Positions 35,501 to 48,953 of a stretch of 48,953 bases of DNA are shown piece after piece. The notes under the pieces were generated by a model. It did not search any database and was not told where the DNA came from. It was given only the letters and a program-made list of their open reading frames with translations. Origin of the DNA: Vicugna vicugna (Eukaryota); contig MU057648.1 in assembly GCA_013265495.1 (NCBI GenBank), forward strand, positions 124,001 through 172,953, given 5' to 3'. A program made the position numbers and the translations under genes. Position 1 is the first letter of the stretch. Every line of letters begins with the position of its first letter.

Positions 35501-38500
35501 AAGTCCAGCTTTCCACCTCTGTCGGCTCCTGGCCAGCCAGCCTGGGCCTATGATCACTGGTTATGGGGAGGGTGGTACTGTCATCGGCTTTGGGGCAGCC
35601 CTGAGCGGATTCCCAGGTCTCCTGCCCAGATTGCAACATTTGTTTGTTTGGTTTCTCCTTGCGGCTTTCTGACTCACCAGGGGCCCAGCCTTCTCCCTGT
35701 GGTTAATGTTTTCATTAAAGGAAAACAGAGGTAGGGTTGTTGATTTCAAGACAGCCCTGCCTCACCTGAAAGTGTCATGACCATGGGGAAGGTCTTAGAT
35801 GACCCAGCATTAATTCGGTTTTCAGGTGGCCAGGGACTGGAAACTGGCTTCAGGGTTGGTGTGAAGCGAGGGTGGGAGAAGTGTCACAGCCCTGGCAGGC
35901 ACCATGAGCAAAAAGGCAGTTTCAGACTCATGGAGAATGACTTCTTTTGAGGCTCCTACTTTGGGAGGAGTAGGGACCCCAGGTGAAGGTGTAGGGACCC
36001 CAGGTGAACGATAAGGTCCCTGGGTGAATCCCAAGGTAAAGGAGACGGTTCCAGAAACAGAGCATCCTCAGATGAAGGAGAGGTCCTCAGGTGGAAGAGC
36101 AGGGGTTGTCCCCTGGTGAACCCTCTCCACTGGAAATGGCCCCAGACACTAGGCTCGTGGGGGAACTGGACACCTGGCCTTTGGGATGAATTATGGTGGA
36201 GATGCTCATGGACCAAAGAGCTTTCAACAATGTAAAAGAGTTTATTCTCATTCTTTCCATTCTTTAGAAGAAATGAATGCTTGTTATTTCAAAAATTAAG
36301 GAAAAAGAGAAAAGTTGGAAGAAATGGGGAGCAATTACCCGTGATCCTGGCAGTCTAGAAACCATGCCTAAGAGCATTTCCTTCTAGGCCTGTCCTAAGC
36401 CTGATTGTCACCACCTGTGGCCACATTCCAGCTGCTGCTTTCTCCATATGGCTTGTTGGCCTGCATCAGATTCACCAGGGATCTTTGTAAAAAATCAGAA
36501 TGGCACGGTCCTACCTCAGACCTATGGAATGAGGGTCTTGGGGGGCAGAGAACCCCCTGAGTTTGAGAAGGACCGAACTCTTCCTGCTATGGTGGGGGCT
36601 GAGGGCTGCCCCATTCCCAGTTGGCAAAATGGTCCAGGCATTTGCTGCTAAGTCTGCAGCCCCTATCCTGCAGGGTATGTGGGCAGGACTGACTGGTAGA
36701 CTGAGGGTGGAAAGGGTCTGGGACAAGGCTGGGAATCTAGGGGTCATGGGAGCCCCTCTGACTGTTATATTCCCCCCTCAGTTCCGGGACAACCTTCAGG
36801 ACCTGCTGCCCACCCTGCCCAAAGCTGATGACTACTTCCTCCTGCGCTGGCTCCGAGGTGAGGCCAGCTGGGATTGGTGGAGGCAGAGACGGTGGGTGGG
36901 AGGGAGGGAGGGAGGGTTTCAGGAAAGGGGATGGGAGACTTTGGGGGACAGTGCTGCAGAGTGGTTAAGAACACAGGCTCTGGAATCAGCCCTCTTTGGG
37001 CTGGAATCTGAGCTTCCCTCCAAATCAGCATGGCACAAGAAAACCATGGGCCTCAGTTTCTTCATCCATAAAGTGGACATGAGGCCTCCTCCCCAAGGGT
37101 GGTTGTGAGTTAAATGAGACCGTGGGCCCAGGGTCAAGTGGGGTTAGAGTTAACACCGGGAAGTTCTCAGGCTGACAGGCCTGGTCAGGCTTGAGTAGGT
37201 ATCCTTGAACATGGTCTTCAGGATTTGCCTTTGGGTCTGTTTCCAGTTCCTTGAAGACAGGGCTGTGTCATCCCCTTAGGGAAGCTGGCACCAAGCAGGT
37301 GCCCAGCAAATGCTTCACTAAGTGAATGTAATTAAAAGCAGAGAAAGAATTTCTTCTAGGAATCGCCGCAGCAATGTAGAATAACAGAAAGTACCCCAGG
37401 GCTTAGGGAAAAACTCATTTCAACTCAGCACACCCCATGGAATGTATTTTGAACTCGAGCCGGGAAAGAAGTCGGAAGCCAGTCTGGAAAGTGCACACAT
37501 GGTGTGGTGATAATGCCGGCCTGGGAAGCAGACGAAACAGTGATTGCTAGGAGGGAGCCATGCAAGTTGTTCATTGTCTCTCAGCCTCACTTTCCTCTTT
37601 CGTATAATGGGTGTAATGCTGCTCCCTACCTTAAAGATGCTGTCAGAGATGAGGTCATGGGTGTGCACAGCGCCTGCATGGAGGAAGCCCTCTCTTCTGT
37701 TCTGTTCTGTTTAGTTGGGGTTTTTTTTAATTATTGTTTTTTACAAATATTAGTTTTTAGAACCGTTCTGAAAAGATGTATAGGAAATTATTGTGAAGAT
37801 AGATAGTACAGAGATTTCTCATAAACACTGCACGTTAATATTTTGCTTTCTTATGGTACTTTTTTTACAATTAATGAACCATTATTGTTCTGTGATTAGT
37901 AACTGAAATCCATGTTTTATTTAGATTTCCTTAGTTTTTCCATGTAGAGACCACGTTTCCATTTAGTTGTCATGGCTCTTTAGGCTCTCTTGGCTGTGGC
38001 AGTTTCTAATCCATTTTTAAGAAGTCATTTTCAGGTCATTTTCCCCAACCTGGGCTACAGAAGGAGTTGGGAGAGCAAATTTCTTAAAGCCCCTTGATAT
38101 GGCATCAGACCTCTCTCCTCCTCTGGAGTCTTTCTGGGTTTAAAACCAAACCAGCTTTTCAGGTGCCTGGTGGGTCTTTGAGAAAGGAGTGAAATCACAG
38201 ACACTGTAGGCTGCTGGGTCACGGGAAAGGGAAGGGGCCCAAGACTGGGAGAAGGTGCCAGGTATCATGGTGCCTCCCACTTCACGCTGTCACGGATCTG
38301 CTGACATGGTCCAGTCCACTTCAACTTCAGCCCTGCAGCCAATCCCTGCCACACAAATGCAAGACACAGGTAAAGGGAAGGCTCCACACTCAGGCCAGAT
38401 GCAGAGGGGCCTTTCCTGACCTTCCCTCTGAAGTCGATTTCCTTTGTTTTCCTTTACCTCCACCCCACGTCTGTGTCCATCTCTCCTGCTTGGATGCCAG

Positions 38501-41500
38501 CTTCACGAGGGCAGGGACTGAGCCTGCCCAGGTTCCCAGCCTGCCACATAGTAGGGGCTACTGAAAAAGCTTCGAGGACCCATCAGCAGTGTCCAACCCA
38601 CTGTCTATAGGACAAGAAATCACATCCCAGTTCTCAGTAGGAAAATCTCCTATAGACACCATAGAGATTTTTCAAAAGCCAATAAAAGAATATCAGGTAC
38701 AACTATGCACTAACAAATCTGAAAAATCTAAGTAAAATGGATACATTCCAGCAAGAAGAAAAAGCAAGCCTCAATAGATCAATAAATATTAAAGACATTT
38801 AAATGATAATGAAAACATCTGCTCACCTCTACCCCAACTCCAATGGCTTTGCAGATGAATTCCTCCAGAGTTTTAAAACCAGCTAATTCCGACTTATCCA
38901 AATTGAGTGATTTTCCCATATTCCAAGCTTTGTATTCTATGTCCGGGCTCCCCCTGTGCCATGTGCTCACGGCTCTCGATGTCCCACTACTGCCTATTCA
39001 GCACCTCCACTAGGAGGTCTAACAGACCTCTTAAACAAACAAAACAAAACAAAACAAAGCAAGTTATTTTAAGATATATGAGAGCATGAAATTTACCTTA
39101 TGAGGCCTGGGTACGTTTGATTCCAAAGCTAGACCAGGACAATACAAGAAAAGAAAATTCTAGCTTAGTTTCGCTTATTAATATAGGTGCAAATAGCTCC
39201 AAATAAAATATTGCATAACAGAATCCAAGAGGGTATTAAAATTATACAGTAGTATCAAGGAGAATTTAATCTTAGGTATGAAAGAAAAGTTCAGCATCAG
39301 GAAACCTACCAGTGTTATCAAACACATTAGTAGAGTCTAAAATGAGAAATTATGTGACCATCTCAATGCAGAAGGAGCATTTGAAAAGGTTCAACTTTTA
39401 TTTATAGGACAAAACAAGATAAAAGTCTTACCAAACTCGGAATAGAAGAGAATGTCCTTGGTGCGGTTGGGGTCACGTAGCAAAAATCTTACAATAAATG
39501 TTATGTTAAGGAGAAATTGTAGATGCGTGTTTTAAAGATCTAGGTCAAGGAAAGGATGACATCAATCAACGTTATTGTTTCAGCATAGACCTGGAGACCT
39601 TCGCCAATGTTATAAGGGAAGAAAAAAGTAATCAGTGGTAAAAGACCAGAGGGAAGAGTTAACATATTCGCAGAAAAATTAGAAATAGGAAAACTCTAGA
39701 ACTAAAGAAAAAATTCATCAATATTGGCATTAATTAAAAAATTAATAGCATTTCTCCATGCAACTGTATCCAACTATAAAATATAATGAAAAATCAAATG
39801 CCACTCAAAATAGTAACAAAACCCATAAAGTGTCCAGTAATTAAGTTAAAACAGACAAGATCTGTACCGCAAAAAATCTTAACATCTCTGAAGTATTTAG
39901 AACTGCATTAGCCACTAGCCAAATGTAACTATTAAAGTTAGAATTAAATTAATTTAAAGCTTCAGGTCCTCAGTCACCCTAGCCCTGTCTCAAAAGCCCA
40001 ACAGTTATGTGCACTTGAGCAACTCAGATATAGGACATTTCCATCGACACAGAAATGTCTGTTGGACAGCAGTCATACAGAGATGGTTTTAGTAAATATA
40101 TACCCCAGAGAAAAGACTGGGCAGGTGATGGCTTGTCTCTAAATATTTGCAGAGTGGCCATGTTGACAAGTGGTTACATATATTTGTTTGACCTCTGACA
40201 ATGCAGCTGGAATCACTGTGGCGCAGATTTCTGCTTAGTCAAAGCTGCTGAGGAATGGAATAAGCTGCCTACCAAAGTGCCCTTGTCACAGGAGATGATC
40301 AAGACAGAGCTGGTGATCTGGGTGGGTTTTTTTTCTGGAGGTGGTTTATGATCGGGGCAGAGGAAAGCTGGACAAAAATCTCAGGCCCCTTCCATCTGAA
40401 AGTCTCTAACCCTGGATATTATCAAAGGCCCATCACTGGCTGAATTCCTCAGCGAACCAGTGATCTCAGGGAATAATGGTGATGGCATTTCTAAAATAGA
40501 GTATCACGTTTTCAACTAAAGTGTACTTATTTCTTCAAAATAAATCATCACAATGGCTGTTGTTTCTTGAGAACTTACTGTGAACCAGGTAATGTGCCAA
40601 ACAATTTATATACTTTATCTCACATCATCTTTTGAATAACTCTTAAAAAATATTATTCCCATCTAAAAGATAAACTAAGGCTCAGAGAAGGTAAGTGACT
40701 TGCTCAAGGTTGCACAGCAAATAAAAGGGCAAAACTAGAGCTCAAGTCCAAGTCCAATTCCATCTGACTCCAAAGCCCATGCTCTTCACCCTCCTAACAC
40801 CACGGGCATCTCTGCTCCCTGGGTGGCGGGGAGGAGGTCTTAAATATAACAGGCTAGATCAGCCTCTTCATCGAACAATTTTCAAAGTCCCAGAAACTGA
40901 AAGCAAGAGCTTTTCAAAATCTTCTAGAGGATTAAAGATCCTTGCTTTTTAAGAAAAATTACCAGACCTTTGATGTATTCTTAGGGTGTGAGAAAGAGTC
41001 TGCCCCCCCCCCCAACTTCCTCATGAGAGTGGCACATCCTGAATCCTGCCTCAAGCCTCCTTTTACCTTGGCTTCTTCTTGCAGCTCGGAACTTTGACCT
41101 ACAGAAATCAGAGGACATGGTCCGGAAGGTGAGGCCCTGCGCTCACCAGTATCCTGCCTCCCACACGTGTGCCCCCAGGGATTAGCGACAAAGGCTGGAC
41201 ACTCTTGCGCTGACCTGTTTTCGTGTTTCTTCTTCCTTTCTCCTTGGATCTCTTTCTGTGGCAGTCCCGGGTCTCCCACAGTCCTGCCCCTGGTGTCCGC
41301 ATCCCCTGTTCTGTGTCGGTGGAACCTGGGGATGCTCTGGCAGGATCTTGGTGGCGGTGGGCAGAGGGGCCTGGCCTATGGTCCCCAGGTTCCCACAGGG
41401 CCTTTGGGGCAGGCAGTCCTCAGGTCCTGCCATGTCTCTGCAGCACATGGAGTTTCGCAAGCAGCAGGACCTGGACAACATCCTCTCGTGGCAGCCCTCG

Positions 41501-44500
41501 GAGGTGAGCCCCATGCAGCGTCCCCCAGGCCACTGGAGCCCCCCAACTCACCCACCATGTCCAGCCACCTGATGGAGCAGGGACATGGCCTGGTGGGCTG
41601 CTTTGAGCCAGGACCTGCCCCCGTGTCCAGGTGATCCAGCTGTATGACTCAGGTGGCCTGTGTGGCTATGACTACGAAGGCTGCCCCGTGTGGTTTGACA
41701 TCATCGGGACCCTCGACCCCAAGGGCCTCCTCCTTTCAGCCACCAAGCAGGAGCTGATCCGGAAGCGCATCAGGGTGTGCGAGATGCTTTTGCAGCAGTG
41801 TGACCTGCAGAGTCAGAAGGTACAGGGCAGGGGATGCATGGTAACCCAGTCTCTCTAAAGGGTCATGACCAGGGAGGGAGGCACCCACCCCCACTTCTCC
41901 CCAGCCTTCAGCACTCCGGGCTCTGGTGGGATGTGGCTTCTCCTGCAGTCACCCATCCATGAGCGTCTGACACATTCCTGACACTCCCTGCTGGCGTGCG
42001 CCAAGGGATGCCAAAGCCCTTTCCCCTCTGACCCTGGTGAGATGCTGACTTGGGTGTGGTGAATGGATCCCTGGGAACAGTGGATGGTCAGATCTGCTTG
42101 TGGAAAAGATGTCCCTTGATTGTAAATTGCAGAAGTATAAACACCTGATGGGGGAGCCACTGCTTTGGGCATCCCTGAGAGCAGTGACCCTTAAAAATGG
42201 GCTCATCCCTTGTGGGTCCTTAGGAGCCACTATGGCTTAGCTACAAAAAATAATTTGAGCCCTGTGGGGCCAGGGGCTTCCAAGCCAAGAAGGACCACAC
42301 CCACCTTTGCAGATCTCCCAGCCCCTGTCTCTGTGTCTCTGGGCCTGTACCCTTGAGACTGACTCTAATGCCAAGTGTGGCCTGGTTGGTTTTGTGACTC
42401 TTAGTGTCTAAAGGAGCCTAAGGTGTCACTGTGGGAGAGTCTGGCTAACAGCTGAATCCACAGGGCCTGCGTCCCCAGTGTCTGGCCCAGAGCTGGACTC
42501 AAAACAGGCCCTCCACAGAGATTTGTGGCAGGCGTGAGAGAGTTACGTAGCACTTTATTGAGTGCCTGGTTTGAATACGTGTTTGTCTGTCAAGCAAGAG
42601 GGCTGACTTCATAGGGTCAAAACAGTGCCTTCTACTTTATAGACGTTCCCAGTTAGAGCCGATAGTTATGGTGATGACGACACTGATAATAATATCTGCT
42701 AAGATTTACTAGGCACTGGCCATGTACCAGACCTGGGCTCATTGAATCCTCACAGCAATTCTATCATTGCCTGGAATTAGCCCCTATTTTACAGAGGAAG
42801 AAAGTAAGGCTCAGAGGGGTTAAAAACCCACCCGAGGCCACACAGCCTGCCCGCGGCACAGCTCTGGCTTGGACACAGCCGTGGGACTGCAACACTGGCT
42901 GACACAGTAAACTATTGTACATAAAGATGCCCAACGAACTACAAATGATGTCTTTAATTCCACAGTGAACTGATTCCAGGCAACAGTACTGAGCAAACAG
43001 CGTGATAAGGGCCACCGTGCCAGGGCTTATGTGTGGCACCCCCTCAGATGGGCTGTCAGTTTGGAAAGCGCAGCTGGGGGTGGAGGTGGCAGGAAGGTAG
43101 GAGGGAGGGATGCCTGCATCTCTCTGGCCAGGATCTCCTGTCTGACCCATATACCTGCTCTGTCCTGTGCAGCTGGGCAGGAAGATTGAGATGGTGCTGA
43201 TGGTGTTTGATTTGGAGGGGCTGAGCCTGAAACACCTGTGGAAGCCAGCTGTGGACGTCTACCAGCAGGTAAGGTAGGCAGCTGGCTCGAGGTCGATAGG
43301 GAGCCGCTGACCATACTAGCTTTTGGTCCATGGAGGACGGGTCACCTCCTAGGGGCCCCCCAGAGCAGCCAGTGAAGCTCGCCTGGGGTCCACCTTCCTA
43401 GGAGAAGGAGGAGCAAGAACATCACTGAGGATGAAGCACATGCTCGTGGGGAAGATGGGACGGGATGGTGGGGGGTGGGGGACTCTTGTCTCAGCGGCAT
43501 CAGAGGCCACAGAAATCCAGGGGTCGGGGTGTTGGAAGATGGCCTTGACCAGACTTGTCTTGACCTCACAGTTTTTTGCCATGCTGGAAGCAAATTATCC
43601 TGAGACGATGAAGAATTTAATTGTTGTTCGAGGTGAGCCCACGATGGGGATGACCGTCTGGGAAGGGAAGGGTAAGGAATCGGGGGAGGGAGCCAGTGGG
43701 TAAGCCACCAAAATTGGGTATTCTCAAACCATCCTTTGTGAAGAATAGGTTTTTGTTTGTTTGTTTAGTTCAGTCCCTCACAGACTGATACTTCTGGAAT
43801 ATACAAAACCATGCTCTGATACGTTGCAGCAATGTCAAATACATCGTGTTTCTAAATGTTTAGTGTTATTTTCTTTACCTATCTGGGTGTGGACTGGTAG
43901 CAGATAGTCCATGGGCCATACTTGGAGCAGGAACGGTCCCTGCGACCGCTGTATAGTGAGGGGGGTCACTGCATGTGCTCTGAGGTCAGATGATCTGACT
44001 TCTAATCAAGTCCACTGAGCAAATCCATTGAACCTCACTGAGACTCAGTTTTCCTATTCTGTAAAATGGGGATGCAGTGGCAGCTTCCCTATAAGATAGC
44101 TGTGAGAGTATATGAGACAGTCTGTGGGGAAAATGTAGCAAGAGCCTGGCCCACAGAAAGCAACCAGGAAGCTTGAGTGATTCAGGTGGGACACAGATGC
44201 TCCACCTACTTGCACCCAAGAGGATACCAAGGCAACATGGGCAAACCTTGAGCGTGGAAAGGAGGTACCATTGGGGAATCAACATTGCTGATGCCTTACA
44301 ACGGGACAGGAAGGCAACCATTTATTGAGAGTGTTTAATTTAACCTCCATTTTATAGTTAAGAGCCCTAAGACTGAGAGAGGGTGAGGGACTAGCTGAAG
44401 GTCTCACAGTAGGAAATGGCAGAATCTAGGTCTGTCCAACCTCTGTCCACCCCATGCCCTTGGCTGTGACCCTGTATGTCCAAGTCCCCTCTGGTCCACC

Positions 44501-46693
44501 TTCTCAAGGGAGTTTCATGTGTTTCAGCCCCCAAGCTGTTCCCTGTGGCCTTCAACTTGGTCAAGTCGTTCATGAGTGAGGACACTCGAAGGAAGATAGT
44601 GATTCTAGGAGGTGAGTGCTTGTCCTCCAGGATGTGCCCGTCTCTGAATCTGCCTGGAAGCAGAGGTCAGTGCTAAAGGCCCCATTTCTCCCTGGCTCAT
44701 CCTCTTTACCCAGACACTGACCTTGGCCTGACCCCTCTTGGCCTTTGCACACTCATTTGAGGCTTCAGGCCCTAGAGCACCACCTGGGTGGCCACATAAA
44801 TCTCCTGGGTGTTCTCAGGAGTGGGTGCCCAGAGGAGCAAGCCAAGGACACATCAGATCCCCTCCCTGAGCCTGGCCTCACTGACCTCCATCGCGCCTCC
44901 CCACCCCTCTGTGGAGCCCACTTTTGCCCCCACAGGTGACTGGAAGCAAGAACTACCTAAGTTTATCAGCCCTGACCAGCTGCCCGTGGAGTTTGGGGGG
45001 ACCATGACTGACCCAGATGGCAACCCCAAGTGCCTGACCAAGGTGCGGCTGCCCAGAGGATGGGGAGAGAGGGGAGATGGCCGTAGTCTGGTGCCCGCTC
45101 ACACAGCCTCGCCCGCAGATCAACTACGGGGGCGAGGTGCCCAGGAGCTACTACCGGCACAACCAGCTGAGGCTGCAGTACGAGCACACAGTGACCGTGG
45201 GCCGCGGCTCCTCGCTGCAGGTGGAGAACGAGATCCTGTTCCCGGGCTGTGTGCTCCGGTAGGGACGGCGGCCACTCCACAGCTGGGCACAGTTGGGAGG
45301 GGTCCGGAGCCCAGGCAGGTGGTCGTCAGTGGGACCCTGTCCCCTGCAGGTGGCAGTTTGCATCAGATGGGGCGGACATCGGCTTCGGGATTTTCCTGAA
45401 GACCAAGATGGGGGCGCGGCAGCGGGCAGGGGAGATGACGGAGGTGCTGCCCAGCCAGCGCTACAACGCCCAGCAGGTGCCTGAGGACGGGAGCCTCACC
45501 TGCCTCCAGGCCGGCGTCTGTAAGAGCTATAGCGTTCACTGGAGTTGTTTTCCTCCTCATGACGGAGAAATGATTGGCTGTCTCTTATCAGTCTGGCCTC
45601 TCTGTTTGCCCCTATTTCCAGCTCTCAGGGAGGGTGTAGGGGTCTCTGCAAGATCCTAGATCCCAGGGGCGTTGGCTTTGGGTGTTGGTTCTGATGAGTG
45701 GCCCCCAGGTGTCGGGACAAGGACAGAGCCTCATTGTGGAGAGCAGGGTTCACAGCCTGCACCTGTGGGCTCAGCTCCTGGGAGGCCCTTGCACCCAACT
45801 TAACAGGCTAAGAGACAGCTGGAAAACAGCCATGGGCGTAGCATCAGGGGTCCCAGCCTGCCCACGTGTGTGGACTGCCCCACTCCGGGAAACCTGAAGA
45901 GTTGACTCTTCCAGGTGTTTGTCCTCCATCCCAGGCCAGATCCAGCGAGGAGAAGGGAACCCAAGGTTGATTTACTCTGGGGAAGGAGACTGAGTCTGGC
46001 TAATGGTGTAGTGCACACACACCTAGTTCACCTCGTGGAAAAGGGAGAATTAGAAGGGTGGAGACAGAGAAACCTGGATGACTTGTCATGTCCCAGAGTT
46101 CATGCTGGACCTTGGTGTGGAAGGACATGTACAAAAGGCATGATGAGAAGGTGGCTGTTGGAGCTCAGCCCTCTCCTCTGGGGAAAGCAGGGCTCCCCTC
46201 TGGGCCAGAGCATCCCAGCCCCTCTCCTCCCTTTCGCTGTCAGATCATTTCAACCTCTCTAGGCCTGTTTCCTCATCCATAAAATGGGGATGAGATTACC
46301 TCCCAGGCAGCCGCTTTGAGGATTCAGGGAGCTGTGGGTGCTGATGCAAGTGCCCATAGAAGCAGCTGATGCATGTTGGTGGTTATTATTCCTTTGTTTA
46401 GCACAAGCATCATCCAAGGAGACAGTCGTGAGCCGTGGGCAGGGGGCTGGGCAGCGCTGACTCTCCAGCCTCACCCGCAGTTCTGGGCACCCCATTCCCA
46501 AGGGCGCTGGGTGTGCGGATGTGCAGGGCCCACTTACTTCTCTGTCCTTACAGACGTCCTGCGCTTTGACAACACCTACAGCCTGATGCACGCCAAGAAG
46601 GTCAGCTACACTGTGGAGGTGCTGCTTCCTGACAAGGCCTCCGAGGAGAAGATTCAGGGTCTCGAGGCAAAGAGACGGTCCCCACTACAGTGA
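35310..46693 (+). CDS. SEC14L4: SEC14-like lipid-binding protein 4 (CRAL-TRIO + GOLD), 12 exons, 406 aa
   Basis: Exons 35310-35363, 36782-36857, 41085-41128, 41444-41503, 41631-41819, 43173-43268, 43572-43632, 44528-44611, 44936-45042, 45119-45258, 45350-45519, 46554-46693 total 1221 nt, all GT-AG. Diagnostic segments: [40 protein letters not shown]. Confidence 0.93.
36782..36857 (+). CDS. SEC14L4: SEC14L4 exon 2
   Basis: [25 protein letters not shown]. Confidence 0.93.
38680..39890 (+). mobile_element. Degraded L1 ORF2 fragments in SEC14L4 intron 2
   Basis: A-rich L1-like motifs (caactatgcactaacaaatctgaaaa, atggctttgcagatgaattc, catctcaatgcagaaggagcatttga). Confidence 0.7.
39903..40073 (-). 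mobile_element. MER3-like hAT-Charlie element
   Basis: tagccactagccaaatgt...atataggacatttccatcgacacagaaatgtctgttggacagc. Confidence 0.65.
41085..41128 (+). CDS. SEC14L4: SEC14L4 exon 3
   Basis: [15 protein letters not shown]. Confidence 0.92.
41444..41503 (+). CDS. SEC14L4: SEC14L4 exon 4
   Basis: [20 protein letters not shown]. Confidence 0.93.
41631..41819 (+). CDS. SEC14L4: SEC14L4 exon 5
   Basis: VIQLYDSGG...CDLQSQK. Confidence 0.94.
43173..43268 (+). CDS. SEC14L4: SEC14L4 exon 6
   Basis: [32 protein letters not shown]. Confidence 0.94.
43572..43632 (+). CDS. SEC14L4: SEC14L4 exon 7
   Basis: [20 protein letters not shown]. Confidence 0.94.
44528..44611 (+). CDS. SEC14L4: SEC14L4 exon 8
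   Basis: [28 protein letters not shown]. Confidence 0.94.
44936..45042 (+). CDS. SEC14L4: SEC14L4 exon 9
   Basis: [36 protein letters not shown]. Confidence 0.94.
45119..45258 (+). CDS. SEC14L4: SEC14L4 exon 10
   Basis: [12 protein letters not shown]...ILFPGCVLR. Confidence 0.94.
45350..45519 (+). CDS. SEC14L4: SEC14L4 exon 11
   Basis: [13 protein letters not shown]...LTCLQAGV. Confidence 0.94.
46554..46693 (+). CDS. SEC14L4: SEC14L4 exon 12 (terminal)
   Basis: [46 protein letters not shown]. Confidence 0.94.
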
Positions 46694-48905
46694 GGACCCT
46701 GGCCGCCTTGTGCCTGTGCTCTTCAGCCCCGTAGCTCCCCTGCCCCATCCCCTGCCCTCCAAGGCAGGATGGTGCTAGCGGTGACCTCAGAGAGCTACCC
46801 ACCTCGCATCACCATCTCATCTCCTTGTGGGCTCACCTGGATTTGTGGCCAAGCAGGAAGGGGACCCCAGTACATAGGCCACCATGAGGATTCAGACAGG
46901 CATCTCATCCCTTGTTCGAAGAGAATGAGGATGAACCAGTGTCCACTGAGGAAGGAGCCCTCCTGCAGAGGCCACCCTTGCGTCCTGTCTGACAAGGTCC
47001 ACCCATTCCAGGACTCACCCACACCTGGCATCCCAGTTTGGGGGTGTATGCATGAGCCCCAGGTCCTGCAGGGAGCACAGCCTCAGGCCTGAAGAGCAGG
47101 GATGTGCAGGGCCAGCTGGAAGCCACTGGGTGGAGGGATGGAGATGGGGCTGAGGGTCTAGGTTCTGATCAACCCTCCAGGGTTGTTCTTCCTTTGGAGG
47201 GAAAATCAGAAATGGAGAGCAAGACCCGGCAGGGACGGCCATCAGGAGGAAGAGCCACGCTCAGCCTTCCCAGTGTCCCCCACTCCCTCCCCACCTGCTG
47301 TGATCCAGCCAACATTTCACTTGGATTCCTTCCGGCTCTGAGTAGGGGCCAGGACCGAAGCAGAGCTGCAGGGAGGTGGAAGGACTGTGCTGAGGGTGCA
47401 GAGTGGAGCTGCCATCCCCAGGCATTCACCCTAGACTCTGACTTGCTTCTTGGAGAAGCATCACGCTCTTCCTCCATCTTTGTGTCTCACTAAGGGGACA
47501 GCTGGAGGTTGGCTGCCAACCCCCTGCCTCCCCCACCCCAAATGCAACTCAGCAGCTGGCCGGTGAAGGCTTCCACTTCTCAAAGCCTGGCTCTCCTGGT
47601 GCCCACAGCCCACAGTTAGCACCACTGTCAGAGCTGCTGGACAGACTGCACCCAGCAGGGCAGCCCATGCCTGAGGACTGAACCGAGGCCATCAACCTGG
47701 CTGTGACTCTGCAGTTGACTCCAGGTGGCAGTGAAGCCATCGACAGGGCTGGGAGCCCAGGCTGTGCTGCTTTGCCCCCTGGGTGGCTTGGCCCTCAGCT
47801 CTGGATCCTTGCGCCTGCTCTCCTTAGGGTTTGTCTTGCTGTGAAAGGGACCTCCCTGTGAAAGGGGTCCTTGTTGCACAACATTAGCATCCGGGTCACC
47901 CAGGCCCTTCCCATGGACTGGAAGCCTCCACCAACACCACTGCCCGGGTGCTTTGCCAGCAAGAAGCCCAGCTCTGGCCCCTTTCCCACTCTCAAATTCT
48001 GTGCTTTCATTTTCTCCACCTAATAGGAAGTTTCTTGATTTCCTATTAAGGGGAAAACCTGATGAGGCTTGGGAAGGTGGGGTCTTCAGGTGAGCCAGGT
48101 GAGGTCCTGGGGCCCCAGCACTCCATCCGTGGCAGCTGCATCATTTATGGTGCAGCCCAGAGTCCACGCAGGGGCCCTGCTGCTCCAAAAAGCAAACTAA
48201 ATGAGACATTGCCAAAAGCCAGTGCCATGAGGCAATCCTGGTCCAACAGAGTGTTTGAATAGTTGGGCACAAAAAAACTGCTGTGACAAGACCAAGGAGA
48301 TGGCCAGGGCCGTCACGCAAAAATCACAGGACATCCCTGTGTCCAAGGGTTGCTCCTGCATCCCAGATGTGACAGGATCTCCCACAAGCCAGGTTGCACT
48401 GTGCAGCCAGCCTCTCTGGTGCAGCCTCCCGGATACAAGGCTATTGGAGCCCCCTGACCCCCTGGATTCTCAGGGTCATCTTCCCAATGCCCGTGGCAGG
48501 CTACGGAGGGCATGGCTGACTGGGGCTGGGAGGACCCTATGCCAGACTGTTTCGCTGGGCCTGACTTTTGTCATGAAAGGGGCTCACAATGCGTTACTTC
48601 CACCTGCACACCCCACACCTAAAAACAAGGGGTTCATGGACTTGAACCGTGACCCTCGCCTTTCTAACCAGCCAGAGCTAACTTCCCACCATCAGGAATG
48701 CCTCACATTTCCTTGTAGGTAGCAGAGATCCCTCTATCCCTTGCACATGGTTTTCCTGACGCTCTGATCAAAGAGAATTTACACAAATATGGCTGTGACA
48801 CAGGGTTAGGTGCGAATCTCCACCCCAATCCAACTGATCTTCCGAGAGCCCACACTAGAGGGGATACCACTGTGGGACAGTCACGGCTTTGCCAGAGTTC
48901 CACAG

Positions 48906-48953
48906 CATGGAGGAGGAGAAGGATGTGGAGGAGGAGGAGAAGGATGTGGAGGA
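48906..48953. repeat. 21-bp purine-rich tandem repeat running off the window end
   Basis: gatgtggaggaggaggagaag units. Confidence 0.75.

Noticed and set aside
34837..35639. Antisense ORFs of 173-247 aa over the SEC14L4 promoter
   Set aside because: GC-rich promoter artefacts with low-complexity translations
35970..36008. Short direct repeat gtagggaccccaggtgaa (21-bp period)
   Set aside because: Real but an ordinary intronic slippage duplication
47549..48722. Short ORFs and a 9-bp inverted repeat (48021-48048) downstream of SEC14L4
   Set aside because: No recognisable homology or consistent exon structure; a stem this short is expected by chance

Overview
Mammalian genomic DNA, probably camelid given its tRNA-derived Vic-1-like SINEs, syntenic with human 22q12. 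All genes are on the + strand: the last nine coding exons of PES1 (999-5235), complete GAL3ST1 (CpG-island promoter ~7.2-7.9 kb, CDS 18651-20664, 422 aa) and complete 12-exon SEC14L4 (35310-46693, 406 aa). Between GAL3ST1 and SEC14L4, where human has SEC14L6, I find decayed remnants of a second SEC14L gene. Exons 1, 2 and part of 4 are recognisable, along with intron paralogy, and the gene breaks off at an unidentified AT-rich, retrocopy-like insert. Other notable items are a 3x36-nt coding repeat in PES1, an ERV LTR with a CCAAT array and two octamer motifs upstream of SEC14L4, a nested MER33/MLT1/LTR cluster with a recent ~189-bp tandem duplication, candidate alternative GAL3ST1 first exons with a uORF, and a NAGNAG acceptor. 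I see no evidence of a new multi-gene system. Comparisons with human proteins and repeat consensuses are from memory, not computed.
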